DNA of 44,700 nucleotides from Leptospirales bacterium (GCA_040326155.1 JBEQLE010000027.1:1-44700), one strand, 5' to 3'; positions 8,077 through 18,485 are shown, counted from the first letter of the stretch. Program-made: numbers and translations. The notes: a model not told the origin generated them from the letters alone.

Positions 8077-9597
8077 TCAGTTTAAGCTAGCAGGTTCCGT
8101 TTCTATATACTCTGCAATATTTTCAAATTGTAATATAACAAATACTGTTTTTGTAGCATCGTCTATTCGTTTCGTTGTTGTCAGATCTGCTATAATTGTG
8201 CTACCATCTTTACGTAGAAAACGTCCGGTTGCAGATGAATTGGTTAAATCGCCTTTGAAGACTTTTGTAATGTTTTGTACAGTGACATCAAAAATATCGG
8301 GGTGTATAAAGTCGTTAGCATGTACCTGGTCCATTTCACTGCTTTTATAACCAAAAGCTTCATGCCAATGCTTATTTGCATAACAAAAGCCTGCGCCAGG
8401 TTTACTCACAAGAATTCCAGAAGTTTGATGATTGTTTATCGTGGATATTAATTTGACTATGTCTGCCTGTTGAGTCCTTTCAACAGTATCTTCAAGTTCC
8501 AATACATTCTCAAAATGAGTAATTAACATGGTATGACCGGAATCATCGTGGTGTTTATTCAATGTGATATCGCACTGAATAACGCTGTCGTCCTTATGCA
8601 CTAATCTCCATTTCGTGTGGAGTTTTGGCAATTCGCCAGAAATAATTTTTGCATAATCTTGCATACTTGTACCAAGATCATTCGGGTGAATAAAGTCTTT
8701 ATACTCTAGCTTTTCTAATTCCTGTTTTTGGTATCCCAGCGCATTGGATATAAAATCATTCGCATAACGAATGCCTACGCCTACCTTGGTAATTAAAACT
8801 CCAACGGTATCTTTGTTGGCGATTCCCGTCAGAATTTTTTGCATAATTTCTCTTTCTTTCTTAATCTGATCTAAAAATTGCAGATACTCATTTATAGTAT
8901 AAATGAATATCAGCAAAATGTCATCGCCATTTTCATTTTTCCAGGGTCTTATTTTTACTTTTACAGGTATAAGATCGCCACGCTTGTTTCTATGAAAATT
9001 ATTAAACAGTGAATTTTGTGCAATCTTTCCCTTTTTGCCGGCAATCAGGTCGAAGTAATTTTTAGATAGCAATTCTTCTTTTGTATAGCCAGACAGTTCA
9101 GTGTAAGCAGGGTTTGAATCGAGTATTTGACCATCAGGTTTCATCATTAAAAATCCATCGGGGCAAGACTGAATAACATCTTTGTACTTGTATTCATGAC
9201 GTTCTAATACGCTTTCGATCTTTTTTTGATGGGCAATATTGCGGTAGCTGATCAGAACAGTTCCCGTATTCTCTTTCCCCAGAAAATGGGCATTAATTTC
9301 TACATTCATTTCCTCATTGCTTTTAGTGCAAATAAATGTTTCAAATGAAGTTTTATTCCACTCACGGGTCAGCTCCCAGATTTTATTATACGCATCGCAG
9401 GGGTCCCCGGATGGCGTAAGTTGCAAAATGTGCTTTCCGATCAACTCTTCTTCGGTGTATCCTAATATTATCAACGCATTTTTATTTGCATCCCATATGG
9501 TTCCATCACTATGGAGTATAAAAGCATAATCTTGTATCGCTTCAAACAAAGCATTGAAGATGTCAGCTTCATCGTCTTTATCATTAAAATTTTTCAC
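8077..9597 (-). CDS. Multi-PAS protein (about 4 PAS/PAC domains, no output domain), paralogue 1
   Basis: Four G.I...N......LGY...EL cores, FIHPND/FIHPD motifs and KDGS PAC motifs. GTG start. Confidence 0.85.
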   Translation of the reverse strand: MKNFNDKDDEADIFNALFEAIQDYAFILHSDGTIWDANKNALIILGYTEEELIGKHILQLTPSGDPCDAYNKIWELTREWNKTSFETFICTKSNEEMNVEINAHFLGKENTGTVLISYRNIAHQKKIESVLERHEYKYKDVIQSCPDGFLMMKPDGQILDSNPAYTELSGYTKEELLSKNYFDLIAGKKGKIAQNSLFNNFHRNKRGDLIPVKVKIRPWKNENGDDILLIFIYTINEYLQFLDQIKKEREIMQKILTGIANKDTVGVLITKVGVGIRYANDFISNALGYQKQELEKLEYKDFIHPNDLGTSMQDYAKIISGELPKLHTKWRLVHKDDSVIQCDITLNKHHDDSGHTMLITHFENVLELEDTVERTQQADIVKLISTINNHQTSGILVSKPGAGFCYANKHWHEAFGYKSSEMDQVHANDFIHPDIFDVTVQNITKVFKGDLTNSSATGRFLRKDGSTIIADLTTTKRIDDATKTVFVILQFENIAEYIETEPASLN

Positions 9598-9845
9598 TAG
9601 TCAGCCTCGAATTCTATTTTTATAATATAGTTTTTCATAAGGCAAATAGTAAGTCAACTAAATTAATAAAATTTTCCCGAAAAACAAACATTTTTGTAAA
9701 ATTTTCATTGCTGAATACTGTTATGTCTCATTCCTGAGCGCCAGCATTGAAAAGACCGTTTCGTCACCTGCTTTTTGTGTTTTCGGTGTAAAAAACGAAA
9801 ATGAAATTTTATTGATTTTGTATATTTTCCAGGCGGTAAATACGA

Positions 9846-11357
9846 TCAGTTTAATTGTGTGTTTTCGCTGATCTTTTCAAATTGTAAAAAAACAAACTCT
9901 GTTTCTGTTGTAGTATCAAATTTCTTTGTTGTTGTAAGATTTGCCACAATTACACTGCCATCTTTTCGTATGTATCGTCCCGTTGCTGATGACTCCGGCA
10001 AATCGCCTTTAAAAACTTTTGTAATATTTTGTACGGTCATATCAAAATCATCGGGATGAATAAAATCGCTTGCATTTAATTGTTCAATTTCACTTTTTTT
10101 ATACCCGAACTCTTTATACCAATATTCATTAGCAAAACAAAAGCCCGCCCCGGGTTTACTTACGAGAATTCCCGAAGACTGGTGGTTCGTTATGGTAGAT
10201 ACCAATTTTGTAATATCCGGTAAGAGCGTTTTTTCAACAGTCTCTTCCAGTTCCAGAATATTTTCAAATTGTGTAATTAGCATGGTATTACCGGAATCAT
10301 CGTTGTGTTTATTTAACGTAATATCGCATTGAACTACAATACCCTTCTTGTGCAGTAATTTCCATTTTGTCTGGAGGTTAGACACGTCACCGGAAATAAT
10401 TTTTGCATAATCTTGCATGCTTACACTTAGATAATTTGGGTGCATAAAGTCTTTATACTCAAGTTTTTCCAGTTCTTGTCTTTGGTATCCCAACGCATTC
10501 GAGATGAAATCATTGGCATAACGAATGCCTACTCCAACCCTGGTAATTAAGATTCCCATGGAATCCTTGTTTGCTACTCCGGTTAATATTTTTTGCATAA
10601 ATTTTCTTTCTTTCTGAATTTGACTTAAAAATTGCAGGTATTCATTTATGGTGTAAATATAGATCAGTATAACATCAAAATCATTTTCATCTTTCCAGGG
10701 TCTGGTTTTTATTTTAACCGGTATTAGATCGCCACTTTTGTTTTTATGAAAATTATCGAATAAGGAATTTTGCGCAACTGTACCTTTTTTACTGATTACC
10801 AGATCGTAGTAATTCTGTGTGACCAACTCTTCTTTTGTATAACCGGATAAGGTAGTATAGGCAGGGTTTGAGTCCAGTATCTGGCCATCTGGTTTGATCA
10901 TTAGAAAACCATCCGGGCAAGACTGTATAATGTCTTTGTAGGAGTGTTCCGTGTGTTCCAAAACGTTTTCGATTTTTTTACGGTGGGCAATATCGCGATA
11001 GCTTATAAGTACAGTTCCAGTATTCTCTTTCCCCAGGAAGTGGGCATTAATTTCAACATTTATTTCTTCACTGTTTTTATGGTTAACAATTGTTTCAAAT
11101 GAAGTTTTATTCCATTCTCGTGTTAACTCCCAGACTTTATTATAGGCGTCACAGGGGTCGCCGATCGGTGTAATTTGTAAAATATGCTTTCCAATTAGCT
11201 CTTCTTCGCTATAGCCTAATATAATAAGAGCATTTTTATTTGCATCCCATATCGTGCCATCGCTATGAAGAATAAAGGCAAAATCTTGTATTGCTTCAAA
11301 CAAAGCATTAAAAATGTCAGCTTCATCCCCATCTTTATTATCTTTATAGTTTTTCAT
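9846..11357 (-). CDS. Multi-PAS protein (about 4 PAS/PAC domains, no output domain), paralogue 2
   Basis: Co-linear and highly similar over the full length to 8077-9597 (for example DEADIFNALFEAIQD.AFILHSDGTIWDANKNALIILGY). Confidence 0.85.
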   Translation of the reverse strand: MKNYKDNKDGDEADIFNALFEAIQDFAFILHSDGTIWDANKNALIILGYSEEELIGKHILQITPIGDPCDAYNKVWELTREWNKTSFETIVNHKNSEEINVEINAHFLGKENTGTVLISYRDIAHRKKIENVLEHTEHSYKDIIQSCPDGFLMIKPDGQILDSNPAYTTLSGYTKEELVTQNYYDLVISKKGTVAQNSLFDNFHKNKSGDLIPVKIKTRPWKDENDFDVILIYIYTINEYLQFLSQIQKERKFMQKILTGVANKDSMGILITRVGVGIRYANDFISNALGYQRQELEKLEYKDFMHPNYLSVSMQDYAKIISGDVSNLQTKWKLLHKKGIVVQCDITLNKHNDDSGNTMLITQFENILELEETVEKTLLPDITKLVSTITNHQSSGILVSKPGAGFCFANEYWYKEFGYKKSEIEQLNASDFIHPDDFDMTVQNITKVFKGDLPESSATGRYIRKDGSVIVANLTTTKKFDTTTETEFVFLQFEKISENTQLN

Positions 11358-11646
11358 ATATCACCGTCACATCTTTAAATGCAGGCATTACCTGTTAAAG
11401 ATTTTGTCATCGTTCGACTTCAATTGTAAAAACGAACATAAGGTAATTACAGCTTCTCCGGGCAACAATTTTTCACCTTTGTATTTTGGCACCCCTATTT
11501 GTACAAGTACATTTACATGTAAAATCTATTTTTTAGTTAAAAAAGCTGTTTTGTCTTTTTTGGGGTCCTCAGGAGCGGCCTCATTTGTCAGGAAAGTGTC
11601 ACCCAGCTGAAATAAATTCAGATTTCACCGAGATCGCCAATATTGA

Positions 11647-13395
11647 TCAAGAAATTTCTTCTAAAGATAAAGATCTTTTTATATTGTCATGCGTATAGTC
11701 AATTTTATTGATAAAAAATAATTCCTGTTGGTCATTTTTCCCTTTAAATTGCGAAAATACTTTTTTTTCGATGCCTATTCTGCCTTCAAGCAGATCAAAA
11801 GTGCTTTTGCCAACTAAGACTTTATTCTTTTCGGACTGAGTTTCAATTCGAGCCGCTGTATTCACAACGTCGCCAAGCGCTGTCCAATCCATTCTTTCGT
11901 TCGACCCGACGCTACCTAAAATAACGTTACCGGTATTTATTCCAATTCTCGCCTCAATGGACGGCCGGTCATTCATCTTGCGAAATACATTTAAATTCAT
12001 AAAGTTATTTTGTATTTCAAGAGCCGAAATGACGCAATCTGCGGGTTCGGCAAAAATATTCATTATGCCATCCCCAATAAACTTGTCAACATAACCATTA
12101 TTTCGCTCTATCGAAGTTACAATAATTTTCATCGCCTGGTTTAACAGATCCATAACATCTTTATGCGGCAAGGACTCACTCATACGGGTAAAACCCACCA
12201 GATCGGCAAACATAACCGTAACAACTTTGTTTTCTATGGGAAGGTTTTTATTCCCTTTGCGAATGGTTTCTCGGGCTTTGCTTAGAACCATTTTCGGAAT
12301 ATAAGGTTCGACTATTTTCATTAAATTAAAATTTTCAAAAAAGGAACCTTCGCTGAATTTGCCTCGTTTACTCTCAATATTTACAGGTTGCCATAGTGTG
12401 GCTATTTGACCCTGCTTTGAAATTACTCCAGAAATGTTAAACAGCCGGGAGGCTTCGTCATTATTCAAAGTCAGGCGATAATTTGCAAACTGCGAGAAAT
12501 TGTGTACACTGAATGGGCTATAAAATATATCCTGGAAGAAATTATCGGGAATATAATTGTATATCTCGTTGAGATTATTATTGTTTATTTGCAGGTACTC
12601 AATAATATTTGGCGATAATTCTAAAACATTTCCATTGGTATCAAATAAAATAGTATCGTACTTCAGGTCTTCAAATATATTCCATAAAAGATCTTTCTGG
12701 GCGGGGGACTCCTGAACGACCTGTATACTTTTTTGTTCCACATGTACCGGTTGAAAAGGGAGATGGAAAGAATAGTGCGTCTTTTCTTTCCGAGAAAATA
12801 TTCTCAGACTTTTGCCGGTAAGACCGAGTCCTTGAAAACATAATAACCCGAAGGGCAACCCTGACTCAAATTGTTGTACAGTTTTTTGATGGTTATTCTC
12901 TTCTTTTTGCCTCGCTTCAAAGGCCACTTTTTTAATATCTGTCATTAAATTTTTTAAAGTCTCAATTTCTTTGTTATTATAAATTCCATTATGTGATATC
13001 GAGATCGAAATTTCGCCATCACCCGGTTTCAGGGTAATTTCTACCGGCAGGTTTTCTTTTGTAGCGTGAGTTGTAAAATTGTCAATTTTATTGCTATCTA
13101 TTTCAGCTTCGAAAATACCTATCCATTCAGAACGAGGAAGATCACCCCAACCGAACTCATCAATCATATATTTTTCAAAAACATACCTATAATTCAATAT
13201 AATAGAGTGTTGTAAAAATTCAGAAATAATTGTTATAATGGGCGATACCAGACCATTTTTTTGGTATGGATTAAATGCATTTTCGAGAAAACTTTGAATT
13301 TTTGCTTTATTCGATGGGTCCAACCAGTAGAGGGAGAGCTTGACCGCTTGTGAAGAGATTGATTTATCAGCAATACTGGTTAGTGTTTTGTTCAA
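11647..13395 (-). CDS. Class III adenylate/guanylate cyclase with N-terminal HATPase-like and PAS-like regions
   Basis: VMFADLVGFT, DKFIGDGIM, RIGINTG and RMDWTALGDVVNTAARIE. TTG start. Confidence 0.9.
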   Translation of the reverse strand: MNKTLTSIADKSISSQAVKLSLYWLDPSNKAKIQSFLENAFNPYQKNGLVSPIITIISEFLQHSIILNYRYVFEKYMIDEFGWGDLPRSEWIGIFEAEIDSNKIDNFTTHATKENLPVEITLKPGDGEISISISHNGIYNNKEIETLKNLMTDIKKVAFEARQKEENNHQKTVQQFESGLPFGLLCFQGLGLTGKSLRIFSRKEKTHYSFHLPFQPVHVEQKSIQVVQESPAQKDLLWNIFEDLKYDTILFDTNGNVLELSPNIIEYLQINNNNLNEIYNYIPDNFFQDIFYSPFSVHNFSQFANYRLTLNNDEASRLFNISGVISKQGQIATLWQPVNIESKRGKFSEGSFFENFNLMKIVEPYIPKMVLSKARETIRKGNKNLPIENKVVTVMFADLVGFTRMSESLPHKDVMDLLNQAMKIIVTSIERNNGYVDKFIGDGIMNIFAEPADCVISALEIQNNFMNLNVFRKMNDRPSIEARIGINTGNVILGSVGSNERMDWTALGDVVNTAARIETQSEKNKVLVGKSTFDLLEGRIGIEKKVFSQFKGKNDQQELFFINKIDYTHDNIKRSLSLEEIS

Positions 13396-13527
13396 ATGTT
13401 TCTCTGCACACCATTTGTTGGCATAGTACTCTGGTATTATGTATTGTCAAATGAATAAATCTATCTGGCAGGCGACGAGCCGACAATAATTCTAAGCTTC
13501 AATGAATTCCTGGATGCGATTTCGGTT

Positions 13528-14145
13528 TTACATGATTCTTTTATAACTCTTATGATCGTTTAAATAAGCGAACGGTCTGAAAGTTAAATTAATCCTTGGT
13601 TCTTTGCAGTCCTCATCCGGTGGTACAGAATGTTCATAATCTTCCTGACATCCTTTTCCCATAATGAGAAGGTCGCCATTTCCAAGTTCAATTCTACATT
13701 CATCCGATGGATTAGATCTTTTTCGCAAAACCAATGTACGTTTCGCTCCAAGGCTAATGGAAGGAATTAGAGATGTTGGCCCAAAAGCTCGGAGGTCTGA
13801 ATGAAAACCTAAACCAACTTTCCCACTACTGTAATAAATGCAAACACAAACACCAAACTCAACACCAGTAAAGCTTTCAATTTTATCTCTAAGAGGTATT
13901 AGTACTGGTGGCCATTTCATCCTTCGTCCATGTTCTTTCTTGAAAATAGAAGAATCAGTCAGTTCCTGGTCCACAAACATATATTTTCCGATATTTGTTT
14001 TAAAGACGGTTCCATCCCCCATAAGTATTTTATCGCCCTCTAAAACTTCACAATTGGCATAAATCCAATTGAAAATTTCAGAGCTTTGCGAAGAGGTGAG
14101 AAATCCTTTATGATAATCTACTTGGCATTCAACTGGTAATTTCAT
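13528..14145 (-). CDS. AlkB-family 2OG-Fe(II) dioxygenase
   Basis: HSD (HxD), SISLGA.R, HSVP and terminal RINLTFR motif. Confidence 0.9.
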   Translation of the reverse strand: MKLPVECQVDYHKGFLTSSQSSEIFNWIYANCEVLEGDKILMGDGTVFKTNIGKYMFVDQELTDSSIFKKEHGRRMKWPPVLIPLRDKIESFTGVEFGVCVCIYYSSGKVGLGFHSDLRAFGPTSLIPSISLGAKRTLVLRKRSNPSDECRIELGNGDLLIMGKGCQEDYEHSVPPDEDCKEPRINLTFRPFAYLNDHKSYKRIM

Positions 14146-14171
14146 TTTATTATTTCCTTAAATTAAACTCA

Positions 14172-14498
14172 TTAGATCGTAGGCAGTATTGCTAACATTA
14201 CATGCAAATCATTTTGGACTGTTTCCCAGACAGATTCCAAGTCAACACCAAAGTAATGATGGATTAGAATATTGCGCATACCTATTACATCCTTCCAGGG
14301 AATCCCTGCCATTCTTTCTCTAGTTTTACTGGAAAGTTTTGAAGAAGCTTCCCCAATAATTTCTAATTGCCTGATCACTGCATCATGGGTTTTAGAATCC
14401 TGGATGAATTCTGATATTTCAATATTTTCAGTATACTTTGCTATGAGGTTTATGCTTTCTCTAATATGAAATAAATAAAAATCGTCATTTTTCTTCAT
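14172..14498 (-). CDS. hepT: HEPN (DUF86/HepT-like) RNase toxin
   Basis: DAVIRQLEIIGEA, IPWK..IGMRNILIHHYFGVD (Rx4H followed by Tyr). Likely start 14498, overlapping the mntA end (ORF open from 14528). Confidence 0.9.
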   Translation of the reverse strand: MKKNDDFYLFHIRESINLIAKYTENIEISEFIQDSKTHDAVIRQLEIIGEASSKLSSKTRERMAGIPWKDVIGMRNILIHHYFGVDLESVWETVQNDLHVMLAILPTI

Positions 14499-14772
14499 AC
14501 AAGACGACCATTGATTTTTCCAATTCATCTGCTAGATATGGACTAATTGATTTTTCAGTTACCAGGTCAATAGGATAGCCTGTGTTTTCAGATAATTCTC
14601 TTTGAATTCGAGATAATTCAAACAAACCTTTGGGGGCTTTGAATCTAACTAGTACATCTATATCACTACTAGATGTAAAGTTACCACTGGAATATGAACC
14701 AAAAAGACCAACTTTTTCAGCACCTTCATGCTTTAAATATTTCATTATTGTTTCATTAATATTTGCTATCAT
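14485..14772 (-). CDS. mntA: Minimal nucleotidyltransferase antitoxin (MntA-like)
   Basis: LFGSYSSGNFTSSSDIDVLV (GSx10DxD) and IDLVT. Directly upstream of the HEPN gene. Confidence 0.9.
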   Translation of the reverse strand: MIANINETIMKYLKHEGAEKVGLFGSYSSGNFTSSSDIDVLVRFKAPKGLFELSRIQRELSENTGYPIDLVTEKSISPYLADELEKSMVVLYEEK

Positions 14773-15032
14773 AATGGCAGATTATTTCATACAATTGTTG
14801 AGTGTAAAGCAATATTATTGAATTCCGTATTCAATGGACAAGTGAAATTCTTATGAGCTTGAAAGCTTGAATAGTGCTTTAGACAGCAGGTTTCTCCTTG
14901 ATCGCTGATCGCATGATCGACCTTTTCAGAAGAAATGAAACTATCCACCCTCGTACAAAAGGAGCCGGAGAATCTTACATGTAAAAAATATTTTATGATC
15001 CATTAAATTTGTAGTATTACTATATTATAAAT

Positions 15033-17231
15033 ATGGGCAATCTTAATATAAGAAAAAAGAAGGAAACAATTATTGATGAAACTGAGGAATCTGAAAATAT
15101 ATTTGTCTTCATTGAACTGATACGAACTCTTTATCAGAGATCGTATACCGGGATATGGATAAATTTAGCCAATTCATTAATACTTGTTGTTTTTTTAACC
15201 GGAGTTCTTCCTATATATTTTCTTTTGTCATGGTTTTCAGTACAAGTAACATTTAATCTTTTTCGATTATATTATGATAAATTTGTTTTAAAAAATTGGA
15301 CGGATATTCCGTTGCAGAAAGCCGAAGTCTATGAACGTAATTTTATTTTTATAGCTGCGATTTCTGGAATTATCTGGGGTTCATTGGCTTTTTCCCCAAT
15401 GGACGCGGTGGAACAAAATCAATATTTTATTCTAACGACCTTCGTTGTAGGGGGGATGAACGCAGGAGCGACTTCAAGTATGTCCGTCTCTATAAAATCG
15501 TTTATTGGGTTTTTATTTTTCAGTTTAACACCTTTTGCATATCGGTTTTTTACATTTGGAGATAAAGTTTCTGCCTTAATGGGATTTTTTCTCTTCGTGT
15601 TTGCAGCAGGTCTATATTATCTCTGTTTGCAAGGAAATCGGAACGCGCGGTGGTCTTTGCAACAAAAATCTTTTAATAAAAGTCTTTTTTCTGAAATCGT
15701 TGCGTTAAAGAATGAATCAGAACAGGCTAAAATTATAGCAGAACAGGCAAATAAATTTAAAAGCGAATTTTTAGCAAACATGAGTCATGAAATCAGGACT
15801 CCTATGAATGCAATATTGGGATTTACCGAAATTTTAGAAAAGAAAATATCAGGTTCCCAGGAACAACAATATTTACAATCGATTAAATCCGGTAGCAAAA
15901 CTCTTCTGCGGCTCATTAATGATATTCTGGATCTGTCCAAAGTCGAAGCGGGAAAAATGCAACTGGAATATAAAGAATTTGATTTCAGGGATATGGCGAA
16001 TGATATACGGGAAATATTTTCTGCAAAAGCCACTGAAAGGAATTTGGAGTTTCAAATGAAGATTGATCCAAAAATACCTGGTACCATTATTCTTGACGAG
16101 ATCAGGCTTCGGCAGATACTTCTTAACCTGGTTTCCAACGCAATAAAGTTTACGGATACCGGTTATGTCGGGTTAAGCGCAAAGGTGGCCCATTTAAACA
16201 AGAAAAGCGGAAAGTTTGATTTGTCTGTGTTTGTAGATGATACCGGCGTGGGCATTGCAAAAAGCGAGTTAAAAAATATATTTGATTCATTTTCTCAACA
16301 AAAAGGGCACAGTGCCAAGTATGGCGGAACGGGGCTCGGGCTCACAATATCAAAGCGGTTAGCCAATATGATGGGTGGAGATATAAGCGTTTCAAGCCAT
16401 CTTGGGAAAGGAAGTCAATTTCAAGTTCTCTTGCAACGGGTTCGTGTGGGAACGGGAAACCATGCTTTGAAGATTGCAATGGAGTACATAGACTCCATCA
16501 CTTTTGACCCTGCAACAGTACTCATAGTGGATGACGTTGCTTCCAACAGAAATATCATTAAAGCTTACTTTGAAAACAGCGGGTTAACTTTCATCGATGC
16601 AGAAAACGGGAAATCAGGGATCGAAATAGCAGAACTTTATAAACCCGACCTGATTATTATGGATCTGAAAATGCCTGTTATGGATGGGTATGAAGCGACA
16701 AAAATAATTAAAAAAGATTCGAATTTAAAAACAATTCCGGTTCTTATTTCCTCTGCTACGGAACTAGTAAAAATACCGAAAAAAATTGTCAAATTAACGG
16801 ATGGGTATTTGCAAAAGCCTTTTAATAAAACAGAAATTATTACAGCATTGATGAAAATTTTAGAATTTGCTTCGTTGGGTGATGAAGAATGGGATTTTGC
16901 AAAAGACACCCCGGCAGACGAAAATCTATTGGGGAATGTACTTCCGGAAAATTCCGCTGAGTTTTTACAGAAACTTGAATCGGATATTCTTGCTAAATGG
17001 AAACATGTTTCTCAAGGAGTTGATTTTGACGTATTAAAAGAATTTGCAGATGAAGTAAAAACGATTGGGTCAGTCTACGAATACAGCCCACTTATCCGTT
17101 GGTCCGACCAATTGAGTGTGGGAATTGCATCATTTAATGTTGAGATGATTAAAACATCAATTGAAAAACTACCGCCTTTGATACAAAGAATTAAAGAAGC
17201 GTTTGAAAATGCTATGGAGAAAACATTATGA
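15033..17231 (+). CDS. Membrane-bound hybrid sensor histidine kinase (HisKA-HATPase-REC)
   Basis: About 6 TM helices, FLANMSHEIRTPMNAI H-box, NLVSNAIKFT, DTGVGI, GGTGLGL, and receiver LIVDD..MDLKMP..KP. Confidence 0.95.
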   Translation: MGNLNIRKKKETIIDETEESENIFVFIELIRTLYQRSYTGIWINLANSLILVVFLTGVLPIYFLLSWFSVQVTFNLFRLYYDKFVLKNWTDIPLQKAEVYERNFIFIAAISGIIWGSLAFSPMDAVEQNQYFILTTFVVGGMNAGATSSMSVSIKSFIGFLFFSLTPFAYRFFTFGDKVSALMGFFLFVFAAGLYYLCLQGNRNARWSLQQKSFNKSLFSEIVALKNESEQAKIIAEQANKFKSEFLANMSHEIRTPMNAILGFTEILEKKISGSQEQQYLQSIKSGSKTLLRLINDILDLSKVEAGKMQLEYKEFDFRDMANDIREIFSAKATERNLEFQMKIDPKIPGTIILDEIRLRQILLNLVSNAIKFTDTGYVGLSAKVAHLNKKSGKFDLSVFVDDTGVGIAKSELKNIFDSFSQQKGHSAKYGGTGLGLTISKRLANMMGGDISVSSHLGKGSQFQVLLQRVRVGTGNHALKIAMEYIDSITFDPATVLIVDDVASNRNIIKAYFENSGLTFIDAENGKSGIEIAELYKPDLIIMDLKMPVMDGYEATKIIKKDSNLKTIPVLISSATELVKIPKKIVKLTDGYLQKPFNKTEIITALMKILEFASLGDEEWDFAKDTPADENLLGNVLPENSAEFLQKLESDILAKWKHVSQGVDFDVLKEFADEVKTIGSVYEYSPLIRWSDQLSVGIASFNVEMIKTSIEKLPPLIQRIKEAFENAMEKTL

Positions 17232-18270
17232 AAGATGGAAAAAGTATGATTCTAATCGTTGACGATACTCCAAAAAATATTCAGGTTCTGGCGACGATCC
17301 TGAATGAAAACGGTTACGGCGTTAAAGCTGCAACCGGCGGGAAAGAAGCTCTGGATATGGTTGACAAGTCTCCGGTGGACTTGATTTTGCTCGACATTAT
17401 GATGCCGGAAATGGACGGTTTTGAAGTCTGCACAACGTTGAAAAAAAATGAAAAAACAAAAGATATTCCTGTAATATTTCTGACTCAAAAGCTGAAACTG
17501 ATGATATTGTACGCGGATTCGAACTTGGCGCGGTTGATTATGTCACCAAGCCATTTAACTCTGCCGAGTTTTTGGCAAGAGTTAATACGCACGTAAAATT
17601 TATGAAACTTCAATCAAACCTTGAAGGTTTGGTTGAACAAAGGTCAATAGAAGTTATCGAATTATATAAGAAGCTTTTACTGGCTCATGACGCAGTTATA
17701 TATACACTGGCCAGAGCCGCTGAATATAGAGATAATGAAACCGGAACACATATTAAGCGAATTGGCGAGTTTTCAAAAATCATTGCCCATAAAATGGGAT
17801 TTACTGAACACGACGCCGTAATAATCGGAAAAGCAAGTCTTATGCATGACGTCGGGAAAATCGGTATTGAAGACCGTATACTTCTGAAACCCGGACAATT
17901 GATCCCGGAAGAGTTTGAAATTATGAAAACACATACTACAATCGGGGAAGGTCTATTACACGGAGTCGGCTCGGAATTAACAAATGTAGCGGCTGAAATT
18001 GCAATTTCGCATCATGAAAAAATGGATGGAACGGGATATCCATACGGATTAAAGGGAGACAACATTCCCCTGGGAGGGCGTATTGTATCCGTAGTGGACG
18101 TGTTTGACGCGCTGACATCGAACAGGCCATATAAAGAAGCATGGAGTAATGAAAAAGCAACTGATCTTATTCGAAAACAAAAGGGAAAGCAGTTTGATCC
18201 AAAGGTGGTTGATGCTTTTTTTTCATCATTAAACGATATTTTAGCGATCAAAGAAAAAATGCCTGATTAA
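17228..18270 (+). pseudogene. REC + HD-GYP response regulator (c-di-GMP phosphodiesterase, RpfG-like) with a 1-nt frameshift near 17485
   Basis: REC domain to IFLT continues in another frame as KAETDDIVRGFELGAVDYVTKPF..EFLARVNTH, which runs into ORF 17572-18270 with HDVGK, HHEKMDGTGYP, DVFDAL and RPYK. Confidence 0.85.
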
Positions 18271-18456
18271 TGGAAATGCCACAAACCATGGTTGTAGTGT
18301 GGTCGAATACCGCAGAATTCGCCCTTTCTGTAAAAGATATTTCTTTGAATAAAATAAAAGGGGCGATAGGAGTAAAATTGCTTTACCTGACGTTTTACAC
18401 GAGAGGTTTCAGCTTGAATTCTAAAAAGCCTTGACGTAGATTTTCAAAAGACAATA

Positions 18457-18485
18457 TTGCTATTTTCTTAGTATATTAATAGCAA
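18457..18485. promoter_or_regulatory. Inverted repeat upstream of the A/V-ATPase operon (candidate operator)
   Basis: TTGCTATT-N13-AATAGCAA, just downstream of TTGACG at 18431. Confidence 0.3.

Noticed and set aside
14820..15000. TGATCG short repeats and a possible small ORF upstream of the kinase
   Set aside because: Only three 6-mers and no convincing ORF or structure.
17228..17596. Independent single-domain response regulator plus a separate HD-GYP gene
   Set aside because: The receiver's conserved C-terminal part (GAVDYVTKPF) is in the downstream ORF's frame, so this is one frameshifted gene.
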